DNA of 64,000 bases from an uncultured Nitrospiraceae bacterium (lineage in GTDB: Bacteria; Nitrospirota; Thermodesulfovibrionia; Thermodesulfovibrionales; UBA6898): contig CAWEQH010000010.1 in assembly GCA_963811165.1 (NCBI GenBank), forward strand, positions 288,001 through 352,000, in the 5' to 3' direction. Both the position numbers and the translations under genes were made by a program. The notes beneath the pieces were generated by a model. It had not been told where the DNA came from. It worked only from the letters and a program-made list of their open reading frames with translations, and did not search any database. Positions 42,066 to 52,514 of this stretch are shown one piece after another; within the stretch, counting starts at the first letter, position 1, and every line of letters starts with the position of its first letter.

Positions 42066-43475
42066 CTATAGTAGATATTCTGCGAGATTGATTCTGTATT
42101 TATTGGGATCCATCGTCTTTAATATGGATCTGACATATGCATTCCCCTCGTTTTTTTCCGTGAGATCGACCACATGTCCTTTTATCCTGTTCCCTTTTTC
42201 GTCGATTATGATCAGCACGCGTGGTCTTGAGGGAAAAACCTGGTTGCTTTCACATACAAGCCCTAATTCCTTAGTACTGAGCATGACCAACGTCCCGATA
42301 GGAAACACTCCGACCATATTGACAAAAAATTTAATGAGGAGGGGATCGAGCTGAGTGTTCGACCGCTCCATCATTATGCTCAATGCCTTGTCCGGGGCCA
42401 TCGGCACTCTTGAATAGACCCTTGCAGAGGTCATCGCATCGTATTGGTCGGCGAGGCTCACAATTTTGCTGAAGAAATCAAGTTCAAGATCCTTTCTTAT
42501 TCGCGGATAGCCGGAGTGATCATAATTCATATGGTGTTCGAAGGCAACAATCGCAGATTTGATAGTAAGAGGGTCCAGCTTTTTCAGTTTCAATAATGCC
42601 TTGACTCCCCATACTGGATGCCTTCTTATAATATTCCATTCGGAATCGTTAAAGTTGGACGGTTTGTTGAGAATTTCATTGGGAATGTCCATTTTCCCGA
42701 TATCGTGAAACAACGCAACCATGCCGAGTTCCGTGAGGGTCTTGCGGCTCAGTCCGATACGTTGACCCAAAGCAATGGAAAGGATGCTAACGTTTACCGA
42801 GTGATGATACGTGTACTCATCGTAGTCCTTTATCGCGGTCATCCCAAGAAGAAGTTGTTCTTCCTCGAGGATCTGGTCTACCATATTCTCGATAACCCTT
42901 TTGGCCTTTTTGATATTCACTTTCTCGCCGCCCTTTATTTTATTGATCACGCCCCTTGCATACGAAACGGCATTGAAATAGGTCTTCTTTACCATCTTTC
43001 TCGGGTCCAGTGACTTCTCCTCAACGATCTTTTTGAGCTTTTCTACTGATATATTTCTGACATTCGACATCTTTTCCTCTATCACATCGAACGACGACTC
43101 AGCGTAAGGGGAGGAAAGAAGGGCCCTGACGAGGACTTTCACCTCTTCCGCGGAGATTTTGTCCTTAAAGATGAGGCTCCCAAGCTCCCTCTTTTTGAAT
43201 TCTCTTATCAGAAAGTCAAAGTTCAAAAGATATTCCAACGAATACCGTATACGATAATCGTTGATATAAAAATACTCACCTCTTAACTCAAGGGAAATCA
43301 CCCGCTCGTTTACGATGAGAGCGTTTACCATTAATACGAACTTGTCGATAACCGATATAACGGCGACATTGTCAGGATCGTGGATATGCGATGTCCGCAG
43401 GACTACAGAAAGTTGGTTGACGAGATCTTTCCCTGTCTTGAATCTTTCTATATCTTCCCTATTGTCCATACTCAA
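42066..43475 (-). CDS. HD-GYP c-di-GMP phosphodiesterase
   Basis: YT..HSVNV, HDIGK, HH....SGYP and D.YDAMTS.RVY. Confidence 0.9.
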   Translation of the reverse strand: MSMDNREDIERFKTGKDLVNQLSVVLRTSHIHDPDNVAVISVIDKFVLMVNALIVNERVISLELRGEYFYINDYRIRYSLEYLLNFDFLIREFKKRELGSLIFKDKISAEEVKVLVRALLSSPYAESSFDVIEEKMSNVRNISVEKLKKIVEEKSLDPRKMVKKTYFNAVSYARGVINKIKGGEKVNIKKAKRVIENMVDQILEEEQLLLGMTAIKDYDEYTYHHSVNVSILSIALGQRIGLSRKTLTELGMVALFHDIGKMDIPNEILNKPSNFNDSEWNIIRRHPVWGVKALLKLKKLDPLTIKSAIVAFEHHMNYDHSGYPRIRKDLELDFFSKIVSLADQYDAMTSARVYSRVPMAPDKALSIMMERSNTQLDPLLIKFFVNMVGVFPIGTLVMLSTKELGLVCESNQVFPSRPRVLIIIDEKGNRIKGHVVDLTEKNEGNAYVRSILKTMDPNKYRINLAEYLL

Positions 43476-45096
43476 GCCTTTTTATTGCAGAGAAGACGAA
43501 TTCCTGCAAGAGTTTATTCCCGTCGTTTCTGTGTTTGTTCAGAATTTGAAGTGCATCCTTATTTCCAAGAAGGCCGAGACAATATGCAGCGCATGCCCTG
43601 TTCTCGTCGTTTTTTGCCCTTCCGAAAAAAGTCTTCTTTTTGAAAATGCCGACGATCGAAGTATATACCTCCTCGTCCTTCCACTGAGAAAGGACCTCAA
43701 AATATTCTTTTTTTTCCTCAAAGTCCTTTTCCTTGAAATTCTTGTCGGCCAACTTGTTCATGATGATCCTTTTGGGAGCCTCTGACCTAATGTTCCCAAG
43801 CGCCCTCAGCGCAGCGGACCTCACCTGGATCTCAGGGTCATCAAGACATTCTCTGAGCATCTGTAAAACCCCACCACCACCGAGTTCTCCGAGCGCTCGA
43901 ATGACCTCTTTTTTGACCCTGATATCGCCGTGCCTGACCGTTTTTAGGAGATAATCTACCGCCCTCTTATCCCCTATTTTCCTAAGTATGTAGATTATGT
44001 TTCGCACGACATACCAGCGAGAGTCGCTTAGCCCTTTAGCGAGAGTCGTAATATCCTTCGTCCCTAAAAGGATGAGGGCATCAATTACGATCTTCCTCGC
44101 ATGGATACTTTTCAGCTCCCCCAGTATCTTCATGAAGGGCACGATCGCGTTTTTATCAAGAAGCCTGACGAAATCTTCAAAGATTTTTTCTTCCATCTCC
44201 TGGCCGCTGTCGAGTATCTCTCCCAGGAGACTGATTATGGATTCATTCCCCGCCAGCAGAAGTATCTTCTTCGCCAATCTCCTTCTTTCCTCCTCCTCAT
44301 TCTTGTCGTCGAGCATCTTTTTGAAACGTGACAGTGAGCGCGTTACCAACTGGATATCGCTGCGACCTATCGAGTACTCGATAGAATTAGCGAAAAAAAC
44401 GACAATGTCGTCGAAATCTTCTTTTGACTGCTGCAAATACATCATCTCGAACAAAATATCCATCAGCTTATCCGCCTTGTCCTCCGAATCTCTTTCAAAT
44501 TCCTGTAGCAGAAGCTGGAGATCCTTGTCCGACAGCGGTACGATAGAGACGTCATGCACCGTCTCTTCCTTGAATGCATCTTCGTATGCCCTCATAAGAG
44601 AGTCCTGCTGGGGCTCTTTTTCCTTGATTGCACTGACGGCGCCCTCCTCATAATCATCCTCGTCGGCTAGGATCGTCTCGTCCACAACATACTGTATGTT
44701 CTGGAAGTCCTTTTCCCAAAACAAGGTTACGATGTCGTCGTCAAGAGCATCGCGATTGAAATCCAGAGAGATGATCTTCAGAAAATCTTCCATCTCGTCG
44801 GGGGCGAGCCCTTTTCTAAAAGTAATTTCTCTAAGTCCGTCTTTGAAGAAAAAAAGGGCAAGATTATCTTCTTTTTCGGAACTACTATAGACCTGCTCGG
44901 AATCATAATTGATCTCGTTTTGCTTTATCTTGAAGCTCAATTCATCTTTGTAATAGAAAAATTCCTTGAATTTATTGAAATCATCGCCGATGGTATTAAT
45001 GTAAATGGGGTTATTTGACGGATACATCCTCAGTATCTTCTTTGATTTAAGAAAAGACTGGATTACGTCTCTGGCCTTTTTAAGTTCTTCGCTCAT
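43459..45096 (-). CDS. HEAT-repeat protein
   Basis: Repeated helical units (D.RWYVVRN, DIRVKKEVIRALG, PEIQVRSAALRALG). Confidence 0.8.
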   Translation of the reverse strand: MSEELKKARDVIQSFLKSKKILRMYPSNNPIYINTIGDDFNKFKEFFYYKDELSFKIKQNEINYDSEQVYSSSEKEDNLALFFFKDGLREITFRKGLAPDEMEDFLKIISLDFNRDALDDDIVTLFWEKDFQNIQYVVDETILADEDDYEEGAVSAIKEKEPQQDSLMRAYEDAFKEETVHDVSIVPLSDKDLQLLLQEFERDSEDKADKLMDILFEMMYLQQSKEDFDDIVVFFANSIEYSIGRSDIQLVTRSLSRFKKMLDDKNEEEERRRLAKKILLLAGNESIISLLGEILDSGQEMEEKIFEDFVRLLDKNAIVPFMKILGELKSIHARKIVIDALILLGTKDITTLAKGLSDSRWYVVRNIIYILRKIGDKRAVDYLLKTVRHGDIRVKKEVIRALGELGGGGVLQMLRECLDDPEIQVRSAALRALGNIRSEAPKRIIMNKLADKNFKEKDFEEKKEYFEVLSQWKDEEVYTSIVGIFKKKTFFGRAKNDENRACAAYCLGLLGNKDALQILNKHRNDGNKLLQEFVFSAIKRLEYGQ

Positions 45097-45142
45097 AAAT
45101 TCCGGGACCCGCCCTTATGGCTCACGTGAAGTGTCCCTATAG

Positions 45143-45421
45143 CTATACGAGGGACACTCTCCTCTCCCTAGCAAAATTTCTAATTATCATGGTGGCTGAG
45201 AACAGCCTCTGGAGCCTCAGGTTTCTGCTTCGTATTGCTACTACATCATGTGTGGGAAACCTTTCGGCCCGCACCTCATTTTGGACCTTCGATATCTCAA
45301 GATAAAAATCGCGCAACGTTTCGGGTTCAAAGGATTTCAAGAACAAGGGATTCACCACCACGTATCCCTCCGCAATATCCCGAATAGTCGCTTTTAAACT
45401 CTTTCCCCTTACGTTAGACAC
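45143..45421 (-). CDS. Hypothetical protein
   Basis: GTG start overlapping the tatC stop; operonic position. Confidence 0.55.
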   Translation of the reverse strand: MSNVRGKSLKATIRDIAEGYVVVNPLFLKSFEPETLRDFYLEISKVQNEVRAERFPTHDVVAIRSRNLRLQRLFSATMIIRNFARERRVSLV

Positions 45422-46184
45422 GCTCTTTCTTCCTGTATAAAAACCTGGATAATAGTATACCAATTTCATAAAGAATAATTATAGGCACCGCCATGAGGGT
45501 CTGATTGAATGCGTCAGGTGTCGGCGTGAGGATGGCTCCGGCGACGAACGCAAAAAGCACGGCGAACTTTCTATTTTTGGCAAGCGCGGCGGGAGTTACA
45601 ATACCCAGCCGAGTAAGAAAAATAATCACAAGCGGAAGTTCAAAGATAACACCAAAGGCGAGCACGAATTTAAGACAGAAATCAACGTAGCTGCCAACAG
45701 ACAACATAGGTGTCATGTTCTGAGTCTTATATCCGAGCAGGAAGGTTATCGCAAAAGGAAGCACGATAATAAAGCAAAAAAATGCACCGAAGACAAACAG
45801 GGCCGTTGCAAAAAACACAAAAGGCAACACATATTTTCTCTCTTTGCTTAGGAGTCCGGGAGAGATAAAGCGCCAGAGTTGGTAAAAAATTATCGGGAGA
45901 CAGAGGATCAGAGCAGCAACGAGAGAAACCTTGAGATGCATCCAAAATGCCTCGGCTGGCGCCAGGAAGACCAGGGGGGCAGCCGTCTTCTTGAGTATCT
46001 GGATATGGGGGGAATGGAGAGTGAACTTCAGTTCGGCCCTGAGCGGAAAAGTGATGACATCAAAGATCTTCTCGGAATAATTGAAGACCCCGACAAACAA
46101 GATTAATACCGCCGCAAGAGAAAGCAAAATTCTCTTTCGAAGTTCGGTGAGATGTTCAGTTAAAGGCATCTTGAAATTTTCCAA
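45414..46184 (-). CDS. tatC: Twin-arginine translocase subunit C
   Basis: EHLTELRKR, YQLWRFISPGL...E, FELP and TPTPD. Confidence 0.96.
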   Translation of the reverse strand: MENFKMPLTEHLTELRKRILLSLAAVLILFVGVFNYSEKIFDVITFPLRAELKFTLHSPHIQILKKTAAPLVFLAPAEAFWMHLKVSLVAALILCLPIIFYQLWRFISPGLLSKERKYVLPFVFFATALFVFGAFFCFIIVLPFAITFLLGYKTQNMTPMLSVGSYVDFCLKFVLAFGVIFELPLVIIFLTRLGIVTPAALAKNRKFAVLFAFVAGAILTPTPDAFNQTLMAVPIIILYEIGILLSRFLYRKKERV

Positions 46185-46454
46185 TTATCCCTCTTCTTTC
46201 CTTTCTTCCTGGGCATGCGTCTCTTTGTTTTCCTCCCCTCCTGCCATATGACTCATCTTCATTCCTTCGCCCGATACGTTTTTAGAATCACGAAAGTCAG
46301 CCTCCATCTGTATTTTGGCATTCTGCATGCCATCTCTGATCGCCATGACCCACTTCCCCAGAGTCCTGGCAACCTCGGGAAGTCTTTCCGGTCCGAAGAC
46401 AAGCAGCGCGACCAAAAAAATGATTATGAGCTCCTGGAATCCTATATCAAACAC
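46185..46454 (-). CDS. tatB: Twin-arginine translocase subunit B
   Basis: MFDIGFQEL...LLVFGPERLP. Confidence 0.9.
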   Translation of the reverse strand: MFDIGFQELIIIFLVALLVFGPERLPEVARTLGKWVMAIRDGMQNAKIQMEADFRDSKNVSGEGMKMSHMAGGEENKETHAQEERKEEG

Positions 46455-46486
46455 TACATGCCCCGGAAGAATCCAGAGAGGAAGGA

Positions 46487-47272
46487 CTATTCTTCTTCAA
46501 TAATCTTTTTGATCTCCTTCTTTTCTTCGGGAGGCGTGTAGCTGAGGGATATCAGAATTCTGTATTCGGGCGTTCTTTTGTTTAAGTCCACGCCCATGCC
46601 AATCGTGGTATAAATGGAATCAGTAGTCTTTATTCTGTACCCGAACCGCGCCTCGACCTGGTCGTATTGATTGGAAAAATAGCTCTTTCTTACCAGAAGC
46701 TCCCCGAGCATCTTAAAGTTGTGAGCGGCGGAAAACTCTATGCCCCCCAAAAAAGTAACTTCCTCCCTGAGCTGTCCCGACCCCGGCCTTTCATAAAAAA
46801 AATTCATATGCCCCTTGAAAGGGCCGACTCTCTTGCTCATAATGAACCCTATGCCGTACCCGCCGTGAGTACTGAACTCCGCGCGACCATTATCGATAGA
46901 TGCATTAATCAAATAGGCAAGAGAGGGTCCGTATTTCCCCTCATCATAGAACCTGTGTTTGAATCCTACGGCGATATCTTCCATACCATCCAATGTGGTA
47001 TCGAAGTTGTAAACATAGGGGACCGTCATATTGAATTCGATGGAATCGGAAATGCCATAGGCAGTCCTAAGACTGAACCGGTAAAAATCAGGGTCTTTAG
47101 ATTTTTCGAAGGCTGTCTCTACGGCCACTTTTGTCTTAGGAAGGCTTTCTGCACTAAAGGTAGAAAAGATGCTGTTGGGGGCAACCGGTTGGAGGCCGGA
47201 AACATCGAATGCGAAAGATGACCCCGAAAAAAAAAGAATCACTACTACTACAAAAATGGTTCTATTCATCAT
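46487..47272 (-). CDS. Putative outer-membrane beta-barrel (MetA-pathway transporter-like) protein
   Basis: Signal peptide, alternating aromatic beta-strands, G..D..VG.K.RF motif. Confidence 0.6.
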   Translation of the reverse strand: MMNRTIFVVVVILFFSGSSFAFDVSGLQPVAPNSIFSTFSAESLPKTKVAVETAFEKSKDPDFYRFSLRTAYGISDSIEFNMTVPYVYNFDTTLDGMEDIAVGFKHRFYDEGKYGPSLAYLINASIDNGRAEFSTHGGYGIGFIMSKRVGPFKGHMNFFYERPGSGQLREEVTFLGGIEFSAAHNFKMLGELLVRKSYFSNQYDQVEARFGYRIKTTDSIYTTIGMGVDLNKRTPEYRILISLSYTPPEEKKEIKKIIEEE

Positions 47273-47357
47273 TAGAAAAATAACAGAAAAATCCCAGACT
47301 GTCAATGAAGCGCAGCTTTTTTGAAGACAAGTTCGTCTGCATTTCATCCGCATTTCG

Positions 47358-47387
47358 TTGACAAGTAGCTGGTTTTCACACTATAAT
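47358..47387 (+). promoter_or_regulatory. Sigma70 promoter of trxA
   Basis: TTGACA-18nt-TATAAT. Confidence 0.7.
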
Positions 47388-47414
47388 GTGACTACATTTC
47401 TGAGGAGGTATTAT

Positions 47415-47747
47415 ATGGCTGAAGGAGTTCTTGAAGTAACGACCGCAACGTGGGAACAGGAAGTGTTGAATGAGAGCGGACTTGTGCTGATCGATTTCTG
47501 GGCGGTATGGTGCGGGCCTTGCCGCATGATAGCACCGACCGTTGAGGAACTTGCTAAGGAATACGCGGGCAAGGTCAAAGTCGTAAAGTTAAATACCGAT
47601 GAAAACCCAGAAATAGCAAGTCGATACAAAATAATGGGAATCCCGACGCTCATGTTTTTCAAGGCGGGTCAAAAAGTAGATCAGATCGTCGGTGCCGTAC
47701 CAAAGCCTCAACTCAAGGCTAAACTCGACTCGCTGATTACTGCCTGA
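47415..47747 (+). CDS. trxA: Thioredoxin
   Basis: [10 protein letters not shown] and IPTL; GAGGAGG RBS. Confidence 0.96.
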   Translation: MAEGVLEVTTATWEQEVLNESGLVLIDFWAVWCGPCRMIAPTVEELAKEYAGKVKVVKLNTDENPEIASRYKIMGIPTLMFFKAGQKVDQIVGAVPKPQLKAKLDSLITA

Positions 47748-47815
47748 AAGTCCTGCTCTTTTCATGAGCAATCAGTAATTTTAATTAACTTCAAAATATT
47801 TCCGAGGGGTGATTT

Positions 47816-48337
47816 GTGAAAAGATTATTACTTCTTTTTTTTCTTCTCACGGCATTCTGTCTTGTTTCTTGCTCAAGGGGCGACAACGGAATGAAGAAGT
47901 CTTCCCTGGCGCAGACTGCGGGCACGGCACCCGATTTTGCCTTGAAAGACATCGAAGGCAAAAATGTACAATTGTCCCAATACAAGGGGAAATTGGTTGT
48001 CGTGGAATTTTGGGCTACATGGTGTCCTCCCTGTAAGGCAACGATACCGGAACTGATCGCGGTACAGGAGAAATATGGGGACAAGGGGCTGGTAGTGCTA
48101 GGGGTTTCCATCGATGAAGGCGATGATCTGCGCTCTAAACTCTTGGCCTTTTCAAAAGAACACAAAATCAATTACCCTGTTTTGCTCGGCAATGAAGAGG
48201 TCTCAAAGGCTTACGGTGTTATGAGTGTCCCGGAGACGGTTCTTGTCGGTAAGGACCAGAAAATTATCAGCGCATACAAAGGATACGTTGATAATCTCGA
48301 GAACCTCATATCCCAACAGATAGAAAAAAACCTATAG
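47816..48337 (+). CDS. TlpA-family thiol-disulfide oxidoreductase lipoprotein (CxxC)
   Basis: Lipobox LVSC, APDF and FWATWCPPC. Confidence 0.9.
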   Translation: MKRLLLLFFLLTAFCLVSCSRGDNGMKKSSLAQTAGTAPDFALKDIEGKNVQLSQYKGKLVVVEFWATWCPPCKATIPELIAVQEKYGDKGLVVLGVSIDEGDDLRSKLLAFSKEHKINYPVLLGNEEVSKAYGVMSVPETVLVGKDQKIISAYKGYVDNLENLISQQIEKNL

Positions 48338-48342
48338 AATTT

Positions 48343-49663
48343 ATGTTCGAAAATATAAGCGAAAAGTTAGATTCAATACTGAAGAAGCTGAAGGGGAAGG
48401 GTCTCCTCAAAGCGGAGGATATCGAGACCGCACTGAAAGAAATCAGACTCGCCCTGCTTGAGGCAGATGTCCATTTCAAAGTCGTCAAGGATTTAATCGA
48501 AAGGATCAAGTCAAAGGCCGTTGGAGAAGAAGTGCTGGAGAGTCTCACTCCGGGACAGCAGGTAGTCAAGATCGTTAACGCTGAACTTTGCGAACTTCTC
48601 GGAAGATCACAGAGTAAAATTGCACTTTCGCCGAACCCTCCTACAGTAATCATGATGATAGGTCTCCAGGGCTCGGGCAAGACCACTACCGCGGCAAAGC
48701 TGGCGAGGCACTTCAAGAAGGAGGGAAGACGGCCGTTACTTGTTGCGTGCGACCTCCAAAGACCCGCAGCCATCGACCAGTTGCGTACCCTGGGGAAACA
48801 ATTGGATGTTGGAGTCTACTCATCCACTGACACAAAAGACCCTGTTGCCGTCGCCCTCGAATCGCTGAGCAAGGCAAAAGTTGAAGCACACGACATAGTG
48901 ATAATAGATACCGCGGGCAGACTCCACATCGACGAGTCCCTCATGGGCGAGTTGAAGAACATCAAGGAAAAAGTCTCTCCGAAGGAAACACTGCTCGTTG
49001 CCGATTCAATGACGGGACAGGATGCCGTGACGATAGCAAAACATTTCAATGAACAGATCGGAATCGACGGTATTATACTTACCAAGATGGATGGAGATGC
49101 GAGGGGCGGCGGCCGCCCTGTCGATCAGGGCCGTTACGCAGAAGCCGATCAAGTTCATCGGGGTGGGCGAAAAAATAGATGCGCTTGAGCCTTTTTACCC
49201 CGACAGAATCGCATCGAGAATCCTTGGAATGGGTGACATGCTGAGTCTCATCGAACAGGCCCAGCAGTCTTTCGACCAAAGAGAAGCTGAAACTCTCCAG
49301 AAAAGGATTATCGAGGATTCATTCACATTCGACGACTTAAGGGAGCAATTGAAGAAGATCAGGAGTATGGGGCCTCTTGAAAGCATTCTGGGGATGATCC
49401 CCGGGTTCAATAAGGTCAAGAACGTGAACGTCGACGAAAGGGAGTTCGTAAAGATTGAGGCGATCATCAGTTCCATGACGAGGAAGGAAAAGACAAATCA
49501 TAACCTTCTGAACGGGAGCAGGAGGAAAAGGATAGCGTTGGGCAGCGGGACAAACGTTGCCGATGTAAACAGGGTCATAAAACAGTATGTTGAACTGAGG
49601 AAGATGCTGAAGATGTTCAAAGGCAAGAAGAACCTGAAACTCCCTAAGATGTTCCCCTTTTGA
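48343..49663 (+). CDS. ffh: Signal recognition particle protein, split by a +1 frameshift near 49111
   Basis: [14 protein letters not shown] and [10 protein letters not shown] in one frame; AALSI...GEK...[13 protein letters not shown] and M-domain in the next frame. Confidence 0.9.
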
Positions 49664-49724
49664 CGGACTTTACTTTACAAACCGTAATAGATTAAAATTT
49701 CTCATATTTTATAGGAGGTGTTTT

Positions 49725-49961
49725 TTGGTAAAAATCAGACTGACAAGATTGGGAGCTCATAAAAAACCATTTTACAGGCTTATTGTAGCAGATTCGAGGG
49801 CGAGAAGGGACGGTCCTTTTATCGAGATACTCGGAACGTACGATCCTCTCAAAGAACCTTCTGAAATCAAGATAGATTTGGAAAAAGCGAAGTATTGGCT
49901 GCAGAAGGGGGCACAGGCTACGGACACCGCGAAGAAGCTGATGCAAAAGGCTGGCATATAG
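49725..49961 (+). CDS. rpsP: 30S ribosomal protein S16
   Basis: [14 protein letters not shown]...RDG..IE.LG.YDP; TTG start. Confidence 0.96.
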   Translation: MVKIRLTRLGAHKKPFYRLIVADSRARRDGPFIEILGTYDPLKEPSEIKIDLEKAKYWLQKGAQATDTAKKLMQKAGI

Positions 49962-49991
49962 GCCGTCAATTTTTCACACGGAGGTAGACAA

Positions 49992-50222
49992 ATGAAAGAG
50001 TTGGTCGAGAGGATGGCAAAGGCATTGGTGGACAAACCTGAAGACGTTTCGGTGAATGAAATCGATGGGGAGAAAACTACTGTATATGAACTCAAGGTTG
50101 CGTCTACGGACCTGGGGAAGGTTATAGGAAAACAGGGAAAGACCGCCCGTGCGATGAGGACCATCCTTAGCGCCTCGGGTACGAAGATCGGAAAACGCTG
50201 CGTACTCGAAATTCTCGAATAA
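49992..50222 (+). CDS. khpA: KH domain RNA-binding protein
   Basis: [17 protein letters not shown]; position after rpsP. Confidence 0.92.
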   Translation: MKELVERMAKALVDKPEDVSVNEIDGEKTTVYELKVASTDLGKVIGKQGKTARAMRTILSASGTKIGKRCVLEILE

Positions 50223-50224
50223 TT

Positions 50225-50752
50225 CTGCCGGAAGGGCCGGAGGGAAATAGGCCGAGACTCACCGTCTTAGCAAAAATCATAAAGGAATGGGGGGTAAAGG
50301 GAGAAATGAAGGCCCTTCCCCTCTCTGAAAGGTTCTCCTCCCTCAGGCCGGACGAAGTCGTGTACCTTCAAATCAATGACACTGTCCGACGATGCTCGAT
50401 CAAATCCCTGCGAAAACTCAACAGTCATTTTGCAGTCTCATTTCATGATGTCACAGACAGGGATATGGCCTCGCTGTACCGGGGTGCTTTTCTCACTTTC
50501 CCGTTTGAGGCAAAGGGTCTGCGCGCAGGGGAGTTTCTTTATGAAGATATAATAGGCCTTGCCGTGATTTCGACCGGCGGGAATAAGATCGGTGATGTCG
50601 TCGACATATTTAATAATAGAGCACATGACGTGTATGTGGTGAGGATGGGCAGGAAAGAATATTTGCTGCCGGCGGTAAAGGAATTTATCAGAGATATTAT
50701 TATAGCTGAAAAGAGAATTATCGTGAGCGAAATAAAAGGACTGTTCGAATAA
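50225..50752 (+). CDS. rimM: 16S rRNA processing protein (start uncertain)
   Basis: KII.EWGVKGEMK, EFLYEDIIG, HDVYVV and YLLPAVKEFI; position between khpA and trmD. Confidence 0.82.
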   Translation: MPEGPEGNRPRLTVLAKIIKEWGVKGEMKALPLSERFSSLRPDEVVYLQINDTVRRCSIKSLRKLNSHFAVSFHDVTDRDMASLYRGAFLTFPFEAKGLRAGEFLYEDIIGLAVISTGGNKIGDVVDIFNNRAHDVYVVRMGRKEYLLPAVKEFIRDIIIAEKRIIVSEIKGLFE

Positions 50753-50753
50753 A

Positions 50754-51491
50754 ATGAAGTTCAGCATCGTTACGATTTTCCCTGAGATGGTCCATGCCTA
50801 TTTCACCGCGAGCATTATGAAGAGGGCAATCAGCAGCGGCCTCATACATGTGGCCGTCCACAATCTGCGTGACTATACCACCGACAAACACAAGACTGTT
50901 GATGACTACCCATATGGCGGCGGCGCGGGTATGGTCATGAAGCCGGAGCCTTTTTTCAAGATCATGGAGAACCTATGGCCTCAAAAAGAAAAGAGGAGGA
51001 TCATTCTTCTAAGCCCGAAGGGGCGGTTGTTCGATCAGGAGCTGGGGGAGGAACTTTCCAGGGAAGAGAAAGAAATTGTTTTTCTTTGCGGTAGGTATGA
51101 GGCGATAGACGAAAGAGTGAGGGAACAGCTGGCGGACGACGAAATTTCTATCGGCGATTATGTTTTGACTGGCGGAGAACTGCCTGCTTTGGTTATAATA
51201 GACGTTGTCGCCAGATTGATTCCCGGAGTGCTGGGCGACAGTCGTTCTTCTGAAGAAGACTCTTTTACGTGCGGCCTGCTCGACCATCCGCATTATACAA
51301 GGCCGGAGAACTTCAGGGGGATGGAAGTGCCGGAAGTGCTTCTTTCCGGCAACCATAGCGAGATAAGGAAATGGCGGAAAAAACAGTCGCTGAGACTGAC
51401 ACTTGAAAAAAGGCCGGCGCTTATCAACAAGTTTTTACTGGAACCGGGAGATAAAGAAATTTTGGATAAACTCGAGGAGGAACGGAAATGA
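50754..51491 (+). CDS. trmD: tRNA (guanine37-N1)-methyltransferase
   Basis: [16 protein letters not shown] and [11 protein letters not shown]. Confidence 0.97.
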   Translation: MKFSIVTIFPEMVHAYFTASIMKRAISSGLIHVAVHNLRDYTTDKHKTVDDYPYGGGAGMVMKPEPFFKIMENLWPQKEKRRIILLSPKGRLFDQELGEELSREEKEIVFLCGRYEAIDERVREQLADDEISIGDYVLTGGELPALVIIDVVARLIPGVLGDSRSSEEDSFTCGLLDHPHYTRPENFRGMEVPEVLLSGNHSEIRKWRKKQSLRLTLEKRPALINKFLLEPGDKEILDKLEEERK

Positions 51492-51838
51492 ACTTAGTCG
51501 CAGCAGTCGAAGAGGGCTTCAAGAGAGACCTCGGACAATTCAATATTGGGGATACGGTGAAGGTCTTCGTCAAGGTCGTAGAAGGGGACAAAGAGAGGAT
51601 ACAGCCTTTCCAGGGGGCTGTCATAGGCAAGAAGGGAAGCGGTACGAGGGCAATGTTTACCGTTAGGAAGGTTTCATTCGGAATCGGGGTGGAAAGGATA
51701 TTCCCCGTTTGCTCATCGGTGGTCGGCAAGGTTGAAGTCGTCAAAAGGGGAGACGTGAGAAAGGCAAAGCTGTACTATCTTCGCGGGAAGAAGGGGAAAT
51801 CTGCGAAGATAAAAGAAAAAGGGTTATCGGTAGAATAA
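51488..51838 (+). CDS. rplS: 50S ribosomal protein L19
   Basis: GDTVKV, KERIQPF.G, GVERIFP and [10 protein letters not shown]. Confidence 0.97.
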   Translation: MNLVAAVEEGFKRDLGQFNIGDTVKVFVKVVEGDKERIQPFQGAVIGKKGSGTRAMFTVRKVSFGIGVERIFPVCSSVVGKVEVVKRGDVRKAKLYYLRGKKGKSAKIKEKGLSVE

Positions 51839-51848
51839 GCACGTCGTT

Positions 51849-52457
51849 GTGGGCATCTACCACCATGATGCGTCCTTGAGGCAGATGGGCCATGCGGTCA
51901 TAGCGGGAATTGATGAGGCGGGAAGAGGACCGATTGCAGGGCCTGTTGTGGCAGCCGCAGTTGTCCTAAGTGACGATATCAGGATTAAGGGGCTTCGCGA
52001 TTCCAAGAAGGTTCCTGAGAAAGAAAGAGAGAGTCTCTTTTGGGATGTTCTCTGTGCCGCAAAAGGAATTGGTGTCGGGATAGCAGAACATGACGAAATC
52101 GACAGGATCAACATCCTTCAATCGACCAAACTCGCAATGAAGCGGGCCCTTGAAGATTTGGAGCTTATGCCGGACATGCTTGTTATCGATGCGGTCGCCC
52201 TTCCCGCCGTTTCGATCAGGCAGATATCACTGTTTAAGGCTGAATCCAAAAGTGCGTCTGTTGCGGCAGCATCGATTATCGCTAAATATGTGAGGGACTC
52301 TATTATGCTTCGATATCATGAAGTCTACCCGCAGTACAATTTCAAGAGACACAAAGGGTACGGCACCAAAGAACATCTCGGGCTGATAATGCTTCACGGT
52401 CCCTCTCCTATCCATAGAAAATCTTACGCCGGCGTTATGTCTCTTCCCCTTTTCTGA
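51849..52457 (+). CDS. rnhB: Ribonuclease HII
   Basis: GIDEAGRGP.AGPV, DSKK, AAASIIAK..RD and HKGYGT. Confidence 0.96.
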   Translation: MGIYHHDASLRQMGHAVIAGIDEAGRGPIAGPVVAAAVVLSDDIRIKGLRDSKKVPEKERESLFWDVLCAAKGIGVGIAEHDEIDRINILQSTKLAMKRALEDLELMPDMLVIDAVALPAVSIRQISLFKAESKSASVAAASIIAKYVRDSIMLRYHEVYPQYNFKRHKGYGTKEHLGLIMLHGPSPIHRKSYAGVMSLPLF

Positions 52458-52514
52458 GCCTTCTTAAATCTTTTCATTGAAATTATTAATTCGGTACCTA
52501 TAAAATAAAAAACT

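Noticed and set aside
49100..49120. Programmed frameshift in ffh
   Set aside because: No slippery heptamer or evident stimulator; an error is more parsimonious
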